Program-made: the position numbers and the translations under genes
NCBI GenBank assembly: GCA_000997385.1
Contig: LCBT01000002.1
Span: forward strand, 119,424-183,423
DNA: 64,000 nt
Source of the DNA: Candidatus Daviesbacteria bacterium GW2011_GWA1_41_61
GTDB lineage: Bacteria > Patescibacteriota > Microgenomatia > Daviesbacterales > UBA10151
Reading direction: 5' to 3'
Shown here: in pieces, positions 29,954-40,034 of the stretch
Layout: every line of letters begins with the position of its first letter
Position numbering within the stretch: the first letter of the stretch is position 1
The notes under the pieces: generated by a model
The model's database searches: none
Seen by the model: the letters and a program-made list of their open reading frames with translations, nothing else
What the model was told of the DNA's origin: nothing

Positions 29954-30565
29954 ATGGACCCTAAAACTAGATCAATTATTATTGGAGCGGTGTCCTTAAT
30001 TGTCTTGGCGGCGATTATCGGGGGAATTTTTTTCTTTGGACGGATTTCCCGCGACAATGTGGATGTAACCGGGCCAAATGGGATTGATTCTCTTCCTCAA
30101 ATTGGTACGAGCCCTACTCCGGCTTCCGGTGTGACTACGAGTCCGGAGACAGGAACAGTTGATACTAAAAACTATCAAGCTGATGGGGTGGTAGTTAAAT
30201 ATCCGGCTTCCTGGGGACTTCTAACTTGTTCAACCAACTCTAATTTTGAACTTGATCCTGTAAGCAGTGCTGACGTTAAGGGTGTAGTTTGTGGTTATGC
30301 TTTAAAACCGGTGACCTTTTTAATAGTTAACCGTTTAAATTGTCCGGGAGAGGTAGTGACTTTAGGCAGTCATCCAGTAACTAAGTTCAAAAGTCTAACC
30401 AACGGCGCTACAACTTACCGTTGGTGTGTCAGCGTGGGTAACAAGAACTTAGATATTACTCACCGGGTTTCTCCATCGGGGTCCCGGGCCACTTCTACCA
30501 CTGATTTTTCAGCCCAAGTAGAACAGATCATTAAAGATCTTCAAGTTGCTCCAGTCGTCTCTTAA
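29954..30565 (+). CDS. Membrane-anchored secreted hypothetical protein
   Basis: N-terminal TM, S/T/P linker, KYPASW, paired Cys. Confidence 0.65.
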   Translation: MDPKTRSIIIGAVSLIVLAAIIGGIFFFGRISRDNVDVTGPNGIDSLPQIGTSPTPASGVTTSPETGTVDTKNYQADGVVVKYPASWGLLTCSTNSNFELDPVSSADVKGVVCGYALKPVTFLIVNRLNCPGEVVTLGSHPVTKFKSLTNGATTYRWCVSVGNKNLDITHRVSPSGSRATSTTDFSAQVEQIIKDLQVAPVVS

Positions 30566-30607
30566 GTGGAATTTGTTTTTTACGGCTTTTCCAGTTAGAC
30601 TAATTTT

Positions 30608-30844
30608 GTGCAGAAGGGTTTTATATTAACTCTATTTTTAGTGGCAGTGGTGATTATACTACTGTTATCTGTGTACTGGGATGGTCCTGTAAAGATTAGA
30701 GATATTTTTTCTCGACTAGAACAACCGCGAATTTGTAATGTGGGACTTAGGGCTGCTGAAAATCCTAAAACTGGAGAGTGCCGGCAGTTTCCGACTTCCT
30801 GTGACATTCCTGATGGATGGGCAGTGGTAGAGAGCTGCCCTTAG
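30608..30844 (+). CDS. Small pilin-like (class III signal) Cys-rich protein
   Basis: GTG-QKGF plus hydrophobic helix; NPKTGECRQFPTSCDIPDGW module. Confidence 0.65.
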   Translation: MQKGFILTLFLVAVVIILLLSVYWDGPVKIRDIFSRLEQPRICNVGLRAAENPKTGECRQFPTSCDIPDGWAVVESCP

Positions 30845-31563
30845 AAGATCCTGATTTTGGCTTGTTGCTTTAGCTGTTGGAATTTCTCAGCAAAGATTTG
30901 AGAAAGTTTTTCCTGTTTTAATAAATCCTGGGCTTCTTTTTGCTGTCCAGCAGAGTCAGTTGCTTGAAGTCGGTCTTTATTCTCAGTAATAAATTTTTCA
31001 ACCTCTTGGGCAGAAACAGTTGCCTCGCCGTCATATATCTTTTCAATAATCAGTTGGAACTTCAACTGTTGTCTAAAGCTATCCCTGTTTTGTCCCTGGC
31101 TGGAGAGCAAACTATCCAGCATTTTAGACCCCCCTACTTTAGTTTCTACCTCAGCTACTTTATTATCCAACTCTTTATTGGAAATAGTGACTCCTTTTTT
31201 ACCAGCCTCATTAAGAAGAATTTTTTCGTTAATCATCTGGGTTAAAACTTGTTCCCGGTATTGTTTATTCAGTCTTTGCTGTAGCTCTAGATTAGAAACA
31301 GGAGTGTTGTTAACAGTGGCAGCAATAAACCACTCTTTTTTGTAAGAAGCCAAAAGGACTAAACCAATAGCTAAAAGTAATAGATAAGCACCTTTGGAGG
31401 GTCTATAATTTAAAAGAGCAGAGGGGGATTGTTTAATCTTGGAGAGAAAACTTTTCTTATTTGGTGTTGAATCTGTTTTAGGCCTGGAGGTTTTAGAAAA
31501 AGATTGGGAGGTTCTCCTCTTTGTTTCCCTATTTTTTGGGCCTTTTTGATTTATTCTTGTCAT
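30841..31563 (-). CDS. SurA N-terminal domain chaperone (PrsA-like)
   Basis: TM then AATVNNTPVS, QMINEKILLNEA. Confidence 0.75.
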   Translation of the reverse strand: MTRINQKGPKNRETKRRTSQSFSKTSRPKTDSTPNKKSFLSKIKQSPSALLNYRPSKGAYLLLLAIGLVLLASYKKEWFIAATVNNTPVSNLELQQRLNKQYREQVLTQMINEKILLNEAGKKGVTISNKELDNKVAEVETKVGGSKMLDSLLSSQGQNRDSFRQQLKFQLIIEKIYDGEATVSAQEVEKFITENKDRLQATDSAGQQKEAQDLLKQEKLSQIFAEKFQQLKQQAKIRIF

Positions 31564-31627
31564 TGGCCGATATTAACATGAAACTTTTCTCTTTGACAAT
31601 AGGTTATTTTCACGCTACTCTGAAAAT

Positions 31628-32431
31628 ATGCAAAAGGGTTTTAGTCCCACTTCCGTTTTAGTTGGAATTTGCCTTACCGCTTTAGCGGTGGCAGGGGTTT
31701 ACTACTTAAAACCCAATACTCTTCCGTTTCCCAGGAATAACTCTCCTCAGGCTTGCACCCAAGAAGCCAAACAATGTCCTGACGGATCCTTTGTGGGAAG
31801 ATCAGGGCCTAACTGTGAATTTGCTCCTTGCCCTTCCCCCACACCTTCCCAAACCCCTGATGAAACTGCTAGTTGGAAAGCATATATAAATCACCAAAAT
31901 GCATTTTCAATACAATATCCTCAAGCTGTAATTATCAAGGAACTTAACCCAAACGAGATAACCATGCGATTGCCCGATGACACGGATAATAATTTAGTTT
32001 TTGATCTAATCTTTATTAATATTAATCCTGCAGGGGTTACAGATATAAAGCAAGCAATTAAATCTTATGATGCTACAAAATTGTCTTCTAATGATATAGT
32101 AATCGGTGGAATTAAAGGTCTTTACTTTGACTCTGTGCCAGCGGCGTATGAAGCATCTGATGCTTTTGTTATTAAAAATGGTTTGCTCTTTGCATTCCGT
32201 ATAGAAGGAAATTCACCCAAATTCTCAGAAAATAAAAAAATATTTAACCAAATTCTTTCTACCTTTAAATTTTTAGATGGTACTTTAGAAGAAAGAAACT
32301 ATGTTTGTCCGAAAAGTGAATGGGTTAATTGCATGCCGGGGCCGGATTTTAAAAATCAAGAGCAGTGTAGTGAGGACTTTTTAAAGTGGGCAAAAAGTAA
32401 CTGTCCTAGCTTTAAAGGCGGTGCTTATTAA
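31628..32431 (+). CDS. Pilin-like surface protein with Cys-rich and PsbP-like modules
   Basis: MQKGF; ACTQEAKQCPDGSFVGRSGPNCEFAPCP; DETASWKAY..FSIQYP; QILSTFKF. Confidence 0.75.
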   Translation: MQKGFSPTSVLVGICLTALAVAGVYYLKPNTLPFPRNNSPQACTQEAKQCPDGSFVGRSGPNCEFAPCPSPTPSQTPDETASWKAYINHQNAFSIQYPQAVIIKELNPNEITMRLPDDTDNNLVFDLIFININPAGVTDIKQAIKSYDATKLSSNDIVIGGIKGLYFDSVPAAYEASDAFVIKNGLLFAFRIEGNSPKFSENKKIFNQILSTFKFLDGTLEERNYVCPKSEWVNCMPGPDFKNQEQCSEDFLKWAKSNCPSFKGGAY

Positions 32432-32439
32432 CTAAAGTT

Positions 32440-33096
32440 ATGCAAAAAGGCTCTGTCCAGCTTTTATTAATCTTTGTAACGGTAATACTTATTGTTGGTG
32501 TAATATACTTTTACCAAAATACAAATAAGGGGACTTTACTACAAAGCCCCGCAACTACTTTAAAACAACCAGAAAAACAGCCAGAATTTAACAATTATTC
32601 AAATTCAGAATTTGGATTTAAGTATTCGAATGATTTAACCGTCGAAGTAGACTCAGAAGAGAAATTTAACAAAAGAGGCAGCACTAATTTTAGAAAGAAT
32701 TTTAGTGGTTCTGCGGGATATGAGCCGGGGAAATTTTTAAGGGCAGTAGTAGTGTTGGATCAGGAAGAAAAATATGACAGCAATCCTTTTAGTGTTTGGG
32801 TATTTGATAACCCTAATAATTTAACAGCAGAGGCATGGTTTGATAAATATTGGTACTACCCATATCTTTGGGGAGTGTTTGATTTTACATCAAAAGGACA
32901 TATTACTCCTGATGCAGAAGCCACAGTTTCAGACCAGGTAGGGAAATCTAAAGTTGTGGGTTACCAAGCTGGTGAGCCAAAATATATCTATATCTCAAAA
33001 GATAAAAAGATCTATTTGTTTAGGGTAATTACAGAAACAGGGGATCAAATCCTTTCCACCTTTAAATTTTTACCCGCCACAGCGGGCAGGGATTAA
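32440..33096 (+). CDS. Pilin-like surface protein (PsbP-like)
   Basis: MQKGS plus TM; FGFKY; QILSTFKFL. Confidence 0.7.
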   Translation: MQKGSVQLLLIFVTVILIVGVIYFYQNTNKGTLLQSPATTLKQPEKQPEFNNYSNSEFGFKYSNDLTVEVDSEEKFNKRGSTNFRKNFSGSAGYEPGKFLRAVVVLDQEEKYDSNPFSVWVFDNPNNLTAEAWFDKYWYYPYLWGVFDFTSKGHITPDAEATVSDQVGKSKVVGYQAGEPKYIYISKDKKIYLFRVITETGDQILSTFKFLPATAGRD

Positions 33097-33120
33097 AAAT
33101 GAAAGAACCGTTCCTAGAGA

Positions 33121-33160
33121 TTGACAAAAACAATACAGTGTGTATAATTAGTGTGTATAG
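33121..33160 (+). promoter_or_regulatory. Promoter/operator of the toxin-antitoxin pair
   Basis: TTGACA 33121-33126, TATAAT 33143-33148; direct repeat AGTGTGTATA x2 over the -10. Confidence 0.7.
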
Positions 33161-33178
33161 GTGAAGGGAAATTTCAGC

Positions 33179-33415
33179 ATGCAGACACAAAGAATTAACA
33201 TTACCTTACCAAATGATTTAGCCCGGGATCTTCGGAAGTTAATTCCTACCCGCTCTCGCAGCAAATTTATTGCTAGCGCTATTGAAGAGAAATTAAGCAA
33301 GAAAGATTTAAAAGATCTGCTTCGCAAGAGCGCAGAGGCACAACGGCAAATTATTGAAGAAATCCGCAAAGATTTTGCACGCGCCGATGAAGAAGCCTTC
33401 AGCAAGTTATCCTAA
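33179..33415 (+). CDS. Ribbon-helix-helix antitoxin
   Basis: RINITLP...RSKFIASAIEEKL; overlaps toxin start. Confidence 0.8.
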   Translation: MQTQRINITLPNDLARDLRKLIPTRSRSKFIASAIEEKLSKKDLKDLLRKSAEAQRQIIEEIRKDFARADEEAFSKLS

Positions 33416-33746
33416 AAACGGGGAAATTTTTATTGCCGATTTAAACCCTTCCTTTGGTCGGGAGATCCATAAAAAACGCCCGGTACTGGTTATCTCTAAC
33501 AACGTACTAAATCAAGTTCTGCCCACAGTAATTGTTATCCCCTTTAGCTCAATCATCCCACAATTCATTGGCCCGGATATAGTTAAAATTAACAAACAAA
33601 AGGGGCTAAATAAACAATCAACCATTATTGTTAATCAATTACGTTCTATTGATAAAGAAAGGTTAGTTAAAAAGGTTGGTAAGTTATCCAAAACAAATTC
33701 ACAAGAGGTAGAAGAAGCCATCAAAATTGTGCTAGACTTAAATTAA
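33387..33746 (+). CDS. PemK/MazF family toxin
   Basis: GEIFIADLNP..GREIHKKRPVLVISNN, QLRSIDKERL. Confidence 0.9.
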   Translation: MKKPSASYPKNGEIFIADLNPSFGREIHKKRPVLVISNNVLNQVLPTVIVIPFSSIIPQFIGPDIVKINKQKGLNKQSTIIVNQLRSIDKERLVKKVGKLSKTNSQEVEEAIKIVLDLN

Positions 33747-34444
33747 TGCAAAAAGGCTTTGCTCCTATTTTGGGTATCCTGGTAATTTTAGTCGCAGTTT
33801 CAATCGGATACGTAATATTAATTGGTTTTCCAGAAAATAAAAAATGCGGACAAGTGTTTGCTTGCCATGGTATCCCATTAAATAATCAATGTATAGGTTA
33901 TAACTCCACTTTTGCCTATGTTGACTGTGCCAAGACAAGTCTAACTGATGAAACTGTTGACACTGAGGGAACTCGAAGTGCTAACTGGAAAACATATACA
34001 AATAGTAAGTATGGATTTTCTTTAAAATATCCGACAAGTTGGACCCTAACAGAGTTTACCAATATAGAAAGTGGAAGCATATATCGGGTTTTTGATTTAA
34101 AACCACAAAATGAGGAAGATAAAAGAAGTCACAATACCATAAATTTCAGATATTTTAATAATCTTAAAAAACTTTCTTTAGAAGATTTTGAAAGAGAACA
34201 GGGCCCAAACAGTGAAGGAGCAGGAAATTGTGGGATTTATTTGCCTGATGATGTGTTAGTCAAAAATAATAGCGGAGTAGATGGCTATTATAGAAAAAAA
34301 GGGATTTGTGAACCACTAGATGCAAAATTTTATACATGGGCTAAGGGAGATAAAATATTTCAACTAATTGATTTTCGTTGGTTTAATGCATCTGAGGATA
34401 AACTACTCAATGAGATTTTTGAAAGCGTTAAATTTTTAGAGTAG
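33746..34444 (+). CDS. Pilin-like surface protein (PsbP-like)
   Basis: MQKGF; ANWKTYTNSKYGFSLKYP; EIFESVKFLE. Confidence 0.72.
   Translation: MQKGFAPILGILVILVAVSIGYVILIGFPENKKCGQVFACHGIPLNNQCIGYNSTFAYVDCAKTSLTDETVDTEGTRSANWKTYTNSKYGFSLKYPTSWTLTEFTNIESGSIYRVFDLKPQNEEDKRSHNTINFRYFNNLKKLSLEDFEREQGPNSEGAGNCGIYLPDDVLVKNNSGVDGYYRKKGICEPLDAKFYTWAKGDKIFQLIDFRWFNASEDKLLNEIFESVKFLE
33961..33980. repeat. Short CTGA...GAAG hairpin element, in-frame
   Basis: cactgagggaactcgaagtg within DET-VDTEGTRS-ANW; absent from the paralog at 31628 (DET-ASW). Confidence 0.65.
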
Positions 34445-35152
34445 GTATATATCAACAAATTTTGCTTTCCAACCTGCAGTTCTTGCATCATCGAAGCCCA
34501 AATCAATAATATTACCTTTAATGGCTCCCCCGGTATCACCTGCTACCGCTACCCCATACCCCGGAACATAAACTTTACTCCTTAGTTTTATAACTTTGGG
34601 GTCAACAGCAATGACCCCTTTTCCTTGTCTCATACCGATGGCTGTCCATTCGTTACATCCGAGGCAGTGAGAATCATAATGGGTGGCCCAAACCCGTAAT
34701 TTTTTCCAGTATCTGATCTCTCCGTCGGCAGTTTGTAAAGTTTTCCAAACGATTTTTGTTCCCCGGGAAATAATTTTGTCTTTAGGGTCTTGAGTCTCCG
34801 TGCCCACAATTTCCCGGGAGTATTCCTTTCCTTCGTATAAAGTGAGCTTAGTGACAGTAGTTTTTTTGCCATCCTCACCTTCCTGGAGGACGGTATCAGT
34901 TCCGGCTTCGGTTTCCGGGTCATCATTATAAACTGTTTTATAAGGGAGGCTTTCGGTTTTTTCTACCAACTCTTCTTTAAAACGGGACTCTGTTTTAATA
35001 GGTTGCAGAGAAGTTGGAGAATCTGAGCTGGCAGATAACACTGAAGGAGATTGATTAGCTTGAGTTGGGGTAGGGTGGGTCTGAAGTGGAGGCAGGTAGA
35101 AATGAATAAAAAAAGCTACGAGGATTAAAGCTGCTCCAATCAAAGATTTCAT
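34436..35152 (-). CDS. G5 plus 3D domain cell-wall protein
   Basis: QEGEDG...IISRGTK (G5); IAVDP, AGDTGGAIKG..IDL (3D). Confidence 0.88.
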   Translation of the reverse strand: MKSLIGAALILVAFFIHFYLPPLQTHPTPTQANQSPSVLSASSDSPTSLQPIKTESRFKEELVEKTESLPYKTVYNDDPETEAGTDTVLQEGEDGKKTTVTKLTLYEGKEYSREIVGTETQDPKDKIISRGTKIVWKTLQTADGEIRYWKKLRVWATHYDSHCLGCNEWTAIGMRQGKGVIAVDPKVIKLRSKVYVPGYGVAVAGDTGGAIKGNIIDLGFDDARTAGWKAKFVDIYLL

Positions 35153-35159
35153 TATTTAT

Positions 35160-37031
35160 CTACACATTGAGCCATTCATCTTGATCCTGATCAATTGTAA
35201 CATCATCCAAAAACTGGCCTCGGTCCTGATAATTTGTGGCAGAATTAATCAGTTCTTCTGGCAGATCAATGACAAAACGGGAGACTAAGTTATTAGAACG
35301 GGTGCCAAAATAAAGCCTTTGTCTGGTATAGGTTAAAAAAAGTCTCTCTTTGGCCCGGGTAATACCAACATAACAAAGCCTTCTTTCTTCTTCCAGCTCA
35401 TTGGGATTCAGTAAAGACCTCGAATGGGGGAACAAACCCTCTTCCATGCCAACTATAAAGACCATTGGCCACTCTAAACCTTTAGCCTGATGGAGGGTAG
35501 TTAAGGTAACAGTTTCTTTTTTGTTTTGTCCCCTTTTGAGCTTTTCATCTGAGGAATATTCACTTTCTACCAGGGCGACATTTTCTAAAAACTCTATTAA
35601 GTTGGGGTACTGCTGCGCCACCGAGCGAAGCTCTTTGACGTTTTCAATCCTTGATTTACCGGAATCAGCACCGTCATCCAGATAATCTAAATAATCAGTC
35701 TTTTGTAAAATTAAATCTAACAGCTCTAAAGTGGTATAGTTGGTTAAGGTCTCGCTGAAAAGTTCCCGGAACCTATTTGCTCGGGTTTTGCCGATTTTTT
35801 CAATCCTATTTTTAGAGATTGAATCCTCACTGTTGGCCAGAAGCCGCAGGTACGCGAGTATATCTTTAATCTCCTTTCTCTCATAGAACCTAATGCCCCC
35901 TACTAAAATATAAGGCACTCCGGCTTTGAGAAAAATTTCCTCTAAGGACCGGGATTGGGCGTTGGTGCGGTATAACACCGCACAACTGGAAAGAGGGAAG
36001 TTAAACTTTTTAATCTTACTGACAATAAAAAGGGCTTCTTCCTCTTCGTTCCTGGTTTCTACCACCTCAATTTTTTCTCCGGGAGGGTTGTTAGTCCAAA
36101 GCTTGAGGATTGGGTGGGAGTTGTTTTTAGAGATGACTGCAAAGGCAGCGTCCAAGATGATTTGGGTAGAGCGGTAGTTTTGCTCTAAGTTAAAAACTCT
36201 GGCTCCCGGGTAGTCCCTTTGGAAATTAACAATATTTCTAAAATCAGCTCCCCGAAACATGTAAATGGATTGGGAAGCATCCCCTACCACACAGATGTTT
36301 TTGTAGCGGTGGGCCAAAAGTTTGGAGAGTAAATATTGGACAGTGTTAGTATCCTGATACTCGTCAATTAAGATGTAGCGAAACTGAAGCTGGTATTGGG
36401 ATAAAACTTCCGGGTAAGTCTGAAACAGCTTGACGGTTAAAAGCAGTAGATCATCAAAATCTACCGCTTTGTTTTTTTCCAGTATTTTTTGGTACTCCAG
36501 ATAAATTTTAGCTACCGTTTCCTGATAGTAACCCCTGGCATATTGAGGATATTCCAGGGAGGAGATCATCTCGTTTTTGGCCTGGGAGATAGTATTTTTG
36601 ATTCCGGAAGGAGAGCTTTTTTGAGGGGAGAGGTCTAAATGTTTCATTGCCTCTTTGATGGCATCTAAGGCATCATGTTCGTCATAGATAGAAAAGGAGG
36701 GGGGGAGTCCTATAAGGTGTCCATCTTTTCGTAAAATCCGGGCACAGAAAAAGTGAAAGGTGCCCATGGTTGGGAGGTTAGAGGTTTTGGGTTGATAGCT
36801 TAAAAGCTTGATAATTCTGCCTTTCATCTCATCAGAGGCTTTGTTGGTAAAAGTTAAAACACAGATATTTTCTGGGGGGACAGCTTTTTCTTTAATAAGA
36901 TAGGCTACCCGGTGGGTTAAAGCTTTAGTTTTTCCACTCCCTGCTCCGGCCATGATTAGAGTCGGTCCTTCAGTAGCTTTAACAGCCTCTTTTTGCACTG
37001 GATTTAGGTCATCAAGAAGATTACTGAGCAT
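35160..37031 (-). CDS. pcrA: ATP-dependent DNA helicase PcrA/UvrD
   Basis: AGAGSGKT, DEYQD, QSIY.FRGA, NYRS, EERRLCYVGITRA. Confidence 0.95.
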   Translation of the reverse strand: MLSNLLDDLNPVQKEAVKATEGPTLIMAGAGSGKTKALTHRVAYLIKEKAVPPENICVLTFTNKASDEMKGRIIKLLSYQPKTSNLPTMGTFHFFCARILRKDGHLIGLPPSFSIYDEHDALDAIKEAMKHLDLSPQKSSPSGIKNTISQAKNEMISSLEYPQYARGYYQETVAKIYLEYQKILEKNKAVDFDDLLLLTVKLFQTYPEVLSQYQLQFRYILIDEYQDTNTVQYLLSKLLAHRYKNICVVGDASQSIYMFRGADFRNIVNFQRDYPGARVFNLEQNYRSTQIILDAAFAVISKNNSHPILKLWTNNPPGEKIEVVETRNEEEEALFIVSKIKKFNFPLSSCAVLYRTNAQSRSLEEIFLKAGVPYILVGGIRFYERKEIKDILAYLRLLANSEDSISKNRIEKIGKTRANRFRELFSETLTNYTTLELLDLILQKTDYLDYLDDGADSGKSRIENVKELRSVAQQYPNLIEFLENVALVESEYSSDEKLKRGQNKKETVTLTTLHQAKGLEWPMVFIVGMEEGLFPHSRSLLNPNELEEERRLCYVGITRAKERLFLTYTRQRLYFGTRSNNLVSRFVIDLPEELINSATNYQDRGQFLDDVTIDQDQDEWLNV

Positions 37032-37078
37032 AAGACGAAGTTAAGTATACCAGGAGCAGGTAGAAGATACTATCTGTC

Positions 37079-37339
37079 TCAAGTTTCTCTTAGGGTGGGT
37101 TTTGCTAAAGTCGGCGGGGTACCCCATTCCTGAGCCATCATTCTGTCAATACTCTTTTCAGTATAAGGTTCTGTTTCTACTCCTAAATTCAATAAACCTA
37201 ATTTTTCTATTCGTACCTTCACACCTCGTGAAAGGGCAGAGTCTAGGGTTCTTATACCCCACTGTCTTTGGACGCGTAATCCCTCAATATGTACTTCCTC
37301 ATCGAACTTTCTTTGTTGTTTTGCGTTTCTTTCGACCAT
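37079..37339 (-). CDS. Small hypothetical protein (orphan)
   Basis: 86-aa ORF starting MVER; TACAAT just upstream. Confidence 0.5.
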   Translation of the reverse strand: MVERNAKQQRKFDEEVHIEGLRVQRQWGIRTLDSALSRGVKVRIEKLGLLNLGVETEPYTEKSIDRMMAQEWGTPPTLAKPTLRET

Positions 37340-37442
37340 GGGATAATTGTAGGAAAAATTAATATTAATATCAATATAGGAATATTTTCTAGTATTTTTG
37401 GTATTTTACAAATTGAAAATCTATGGTATTATTTTTCTTCGT

Positions 37443-37703
37443 ATGGCAATTAAATTAATTGATTTCTGGGCCCCTTGGTGTTCCCCTTGCCAGGCGATGA
37501 AGCCGGTGATAGAGGAGCTTCATAAAGAGCTTGATGGTAAGGTGGAAATTGTTGAGGTGAATGTTGACGAAAACCCTACTGATGCCACCAAGTACGGGGT
37601 GATGAGCATCCCAACTTATATCATTTTAAAGGATGATAAGGAAGTTGGCCGTAAAATTGGCTATACTTCTAAAGCCGATTTATTAAAGTTGATCGCAACT
37701 TAA
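37443..37703 (+). CDS. Thioredoxin family protein
   Basis: DFWAPWCSPC, GVMSIPT. Confidence 0.92.
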   Translation: MAIKLIDFWAPWCSPCQAMKPVIEELHKELDGKVEIVEVNVDENPTDATKYGVMSIPTYIILKDDKEVGRKIGYTSKADLLKLIAT

Positions 37704-37744
37704 GGGTTTTAGTTTTTAACAATTTCTTCTAAACTATTGATAAG

Positions 37745-38059
37745 ATGGGCTTTAAGGAGCATGTTATCCGGGTGGTTAAACAAATTCCCCAAGGTAAAGT
37801 CACAACATATGGGACAGTAGCTACTTTGGCAGGGATGCCGCGGGGAGGAAGACTGGTGGGGGGTATTTTGCATTTTTGTACCGAGTCCAATGATTTGCCT
37901 TGGCAAAGGATAATAAACAGGGAAGGTTTTATTTCCACTAAATGTTTGGAACATCCTAAACAGGCACAAAAGGCTTTATTGGCATCTGAAGGGATAGAAG
38001 TTTCGGATGATTTTACGGTAGACTTGAATAAATATGGCTGGTTTGGAGAAAAGATTTAA
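37745..38059 (+). CDS. Alkyltransferase-like (ATL/MGMT family) protein
   Basis: IPQGKVTTYG; PWQRI (Trp replaces the catalytic Cys). Confidence 0.85.
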   Translation: MGFKEHVIRVVKQIPQGKVTTYGTVATLAGMPRGGRLVGGILHFCTESNDLPWQRIINREGFISTKCLEHPKQAQKALLASEGIEVSDDFTVDLNKYGWFGEKI

Positions 38060-38064
38060 CAGTT

Positions 38065-38739
38065 ATGAATAAGCAACTCTGGATTATTGCCAATTGGAAG
38101 AGCAATAAAAATATTAGGGAAGCTTTGGAGTGGATTGATAAAGTGGGACCGGAGTTAGAAAACCGCCTTCATGTTAAGGTAGTGGTTTGTCCGGCCTTTA
38201 CTGATATTGAAGAGGTCAAAAAGGCCGTTTTAGTAGGTAATTATCCCCTTATTGTTGGAGCTCAAGATGTATCTCCTTTTGCTGAAGGTCCTTATACCGG
38301 GGAGGAGTCAGCCAGAATTTTATCTGAATTGGTAGATTTGGCTATTTTAGGGCATTTTGAAAGACGGGAGAACTTTGGAGAGACTGATCAGATGATCTCA
38401 GAAAAGGTGCAGCAGGCAAAAAAGTTTAACATTACTCCCCTGGTTTGTGTTCAGGGAAAGGAAATTAAGGTACCAGAGGGAGTTAATCTCATCGCTTATG
38501 AACCCATTTTTGCCATCGGCAGTGGTAACCCGGATACTCCTCAAAATGCTGCCTTGGTAGCCCAGGGGCTTAAAGAACAATATGGGGAAGATTTAGAGGT
38601 TTTATATGGAGGAAGTGTGACCTCAGACAACAGCAAAGCGTTTTTACAACAGGAAGAGCTGAGCGGGCTACTGATTGGAAAATCTTCTTTGGATCCAGAG
38701 GAATTTGTAAAGATTGTAAAAATAGCCTATCTTATTTAA
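38065..38739 (+). CDS. tpiA: Triosephosphate isomerase
   Basis: ANWK, GPYTGE, GHFERR, AYEPIFAIG, YGGSV. Confidence 0.92.
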   Translation: MNKQLWIIANWKSNKNIREALEWIDKVGPELENRLHVKVVVCPAFTDIEEVKKAVLVGNYPLIVGAQDVSPFAEGPYTGEESARILSELVDLAILGHFERRENFGETDQMISEKVQQAKKFNITPLVCVQGKEIKVPEGVNLIAYEPIFAIGSGNPDTPQNAALVAQGLKEQYGEDLEVLYGGSVTSDNSKAFLQQEELSGLLIGKSSLDPEEFVKIVKIAYLI

Positions 38740-38786
38740 TTTCATTTTAAAAAAATGGTACAATTTTGATCCGGTCAGGTCAAATT

Positions 38787-40034
38787 ATGAGTAAACTAAA
38801 GCCGTTAAACTTGAAACAAAAAGAGCTGCCCCATGTATCTCCTTGGTTTAAACTTGGAGCCTTAATTCTGATCTTTTTAGGGATCGGGGTTTTTTTATTA
38901 ACAGGGGGGGATAAACCAAACAGGTCTTCAGTATTCAATTATGTTTTAGGCAGAGAGACTACTTTGGAGGAAGATCAAGGAAGAATTAATATTTTACTGT
39001 TAGGCATGGCTGGAGGAAGACATGATGGAGCAACTTTGACTGATACCATCATGGTAGCCTCTTATGATTTAAAAACCAAAAAGGCGGTGCTCGTTTCTTT
39101 GCCACGGGATCTGTGGATTTCTAAGCACCAGGCCAAGGTTAATACCCTTTATCAGACGGGGCTTAGTAGCGGAGAAGGACTAAAGTTTGTCCGGGAAGAG
39201 ATTGGCCAGATTTTGGGCCTAAAAATCCCTTATGCGGTGAGGGTAGATTTTGCTGGATTTGTTCAGGTCGTGGATTTAATGGAGGGGATTGATATTGAAG
39301 TAACCCGTTCCTTTGATGATTATTTTTACCCCCTTGAGGGTAAAGAGAATGACCTTTGTGAATATAAAGAAGAGGAGATAGAGATTGATGAGGAGAAGGC
39401 CAAGAAACTTAATATAAAAACAGGAAAGGTCAAAGTTCTTTTAGACAAAGAGGAGAAAATTGCTACTGCCGCGGCTGAGCCAGGAAAAAGTTTGGTTTAT
39501 AGTGATGACCAAGCCAAGACTTTTTTTTTATGCCGTTTTGAACATTTAACCTTTAAAAAGGGGATGACTCATATGGATGGAGCTTTAGCTCTCAAATTTG
39601 TCAGATCCCGTCATGGGTTAAACGGTGAGGGAAGTGATTTTGCCAGGTCCAAAAGGCAACAACAGGCGCTGCAAGCCTTTAAAAATAAAGTTTTGTCTTT
39701 TCAAACACTGTTTGATGCCGGTAAGATCGTTGAGTTAGGCAGGACTTTTGGCAGAAGTGTCGAGAGTGATATCCCCCAAACTCAGTATTTAGACTTTATC
39801 AAATTAGTTCAGAAAATGGGATCAACTAAAAGTGTGGTGATTGATGGCAGCGGAACCTCTCCCCTGCTGATTACCCCGACAGAGGGTAATTTTGGTGGAG
39901 CCTGGGTGCTTCTGCCCCCTGAGGATGATTTTTCCAGGATCCAACAGTTTATTAAAGATTCTTTTTTGGAGGAAATAGAAGCCACTCAAAGTGCTAATAT
40001 TTCACCTACCCAAAGCGAGAGCCTTAAAAGATGA
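38787..40034 (+). CDS. LCP (LytR-CpsA-Psr) family protein
   Basis: NILLLG, TDTIMV, SLPRD, ALKFVRSRH, SDFARSKRQQ. Confidence 0.92.
   Translation: MSKLKPLNLKQKELPHVSPWFKLGALILIFLGIGVFLLTGGDKPNRSSVFNYVLGRETTLEEDQGRINILLLGMAGGRHDGATLTDTIMVASYDLKTKKAVLVSLPRDLWISKHQAKVNTLYQTGLSSGEGLKFVREEIGQILGLKIPYAVRVDFAGFVQVVDLMEGIDIEVTRSFDDYFYPLEGKENDLCEYKEEEIEIDEEKAKKLNIKTGKVKVLLDKEEKIATAAAEPGKSLVYSDDQAKTFFLCRFEHLTFKKGMTHMDGALALKFVRSRHGLNGEGSDFARSKRQQQALQAFKNKVLSFQTLFDAGKIVELGRTFGRSVESDIPQTQYLDFIKLVQKMGSTKSVVIDGSGTSPLLITPTEGNFGGAWVLLPPEDDFSRIQQFIKDSFLEEIEATQSANISPTQSESLKR

Noticed and set aside
30608-34444. Integron cassette array
   Set aside because: No integrase and no attC-like sites between the genes; spacers are too short
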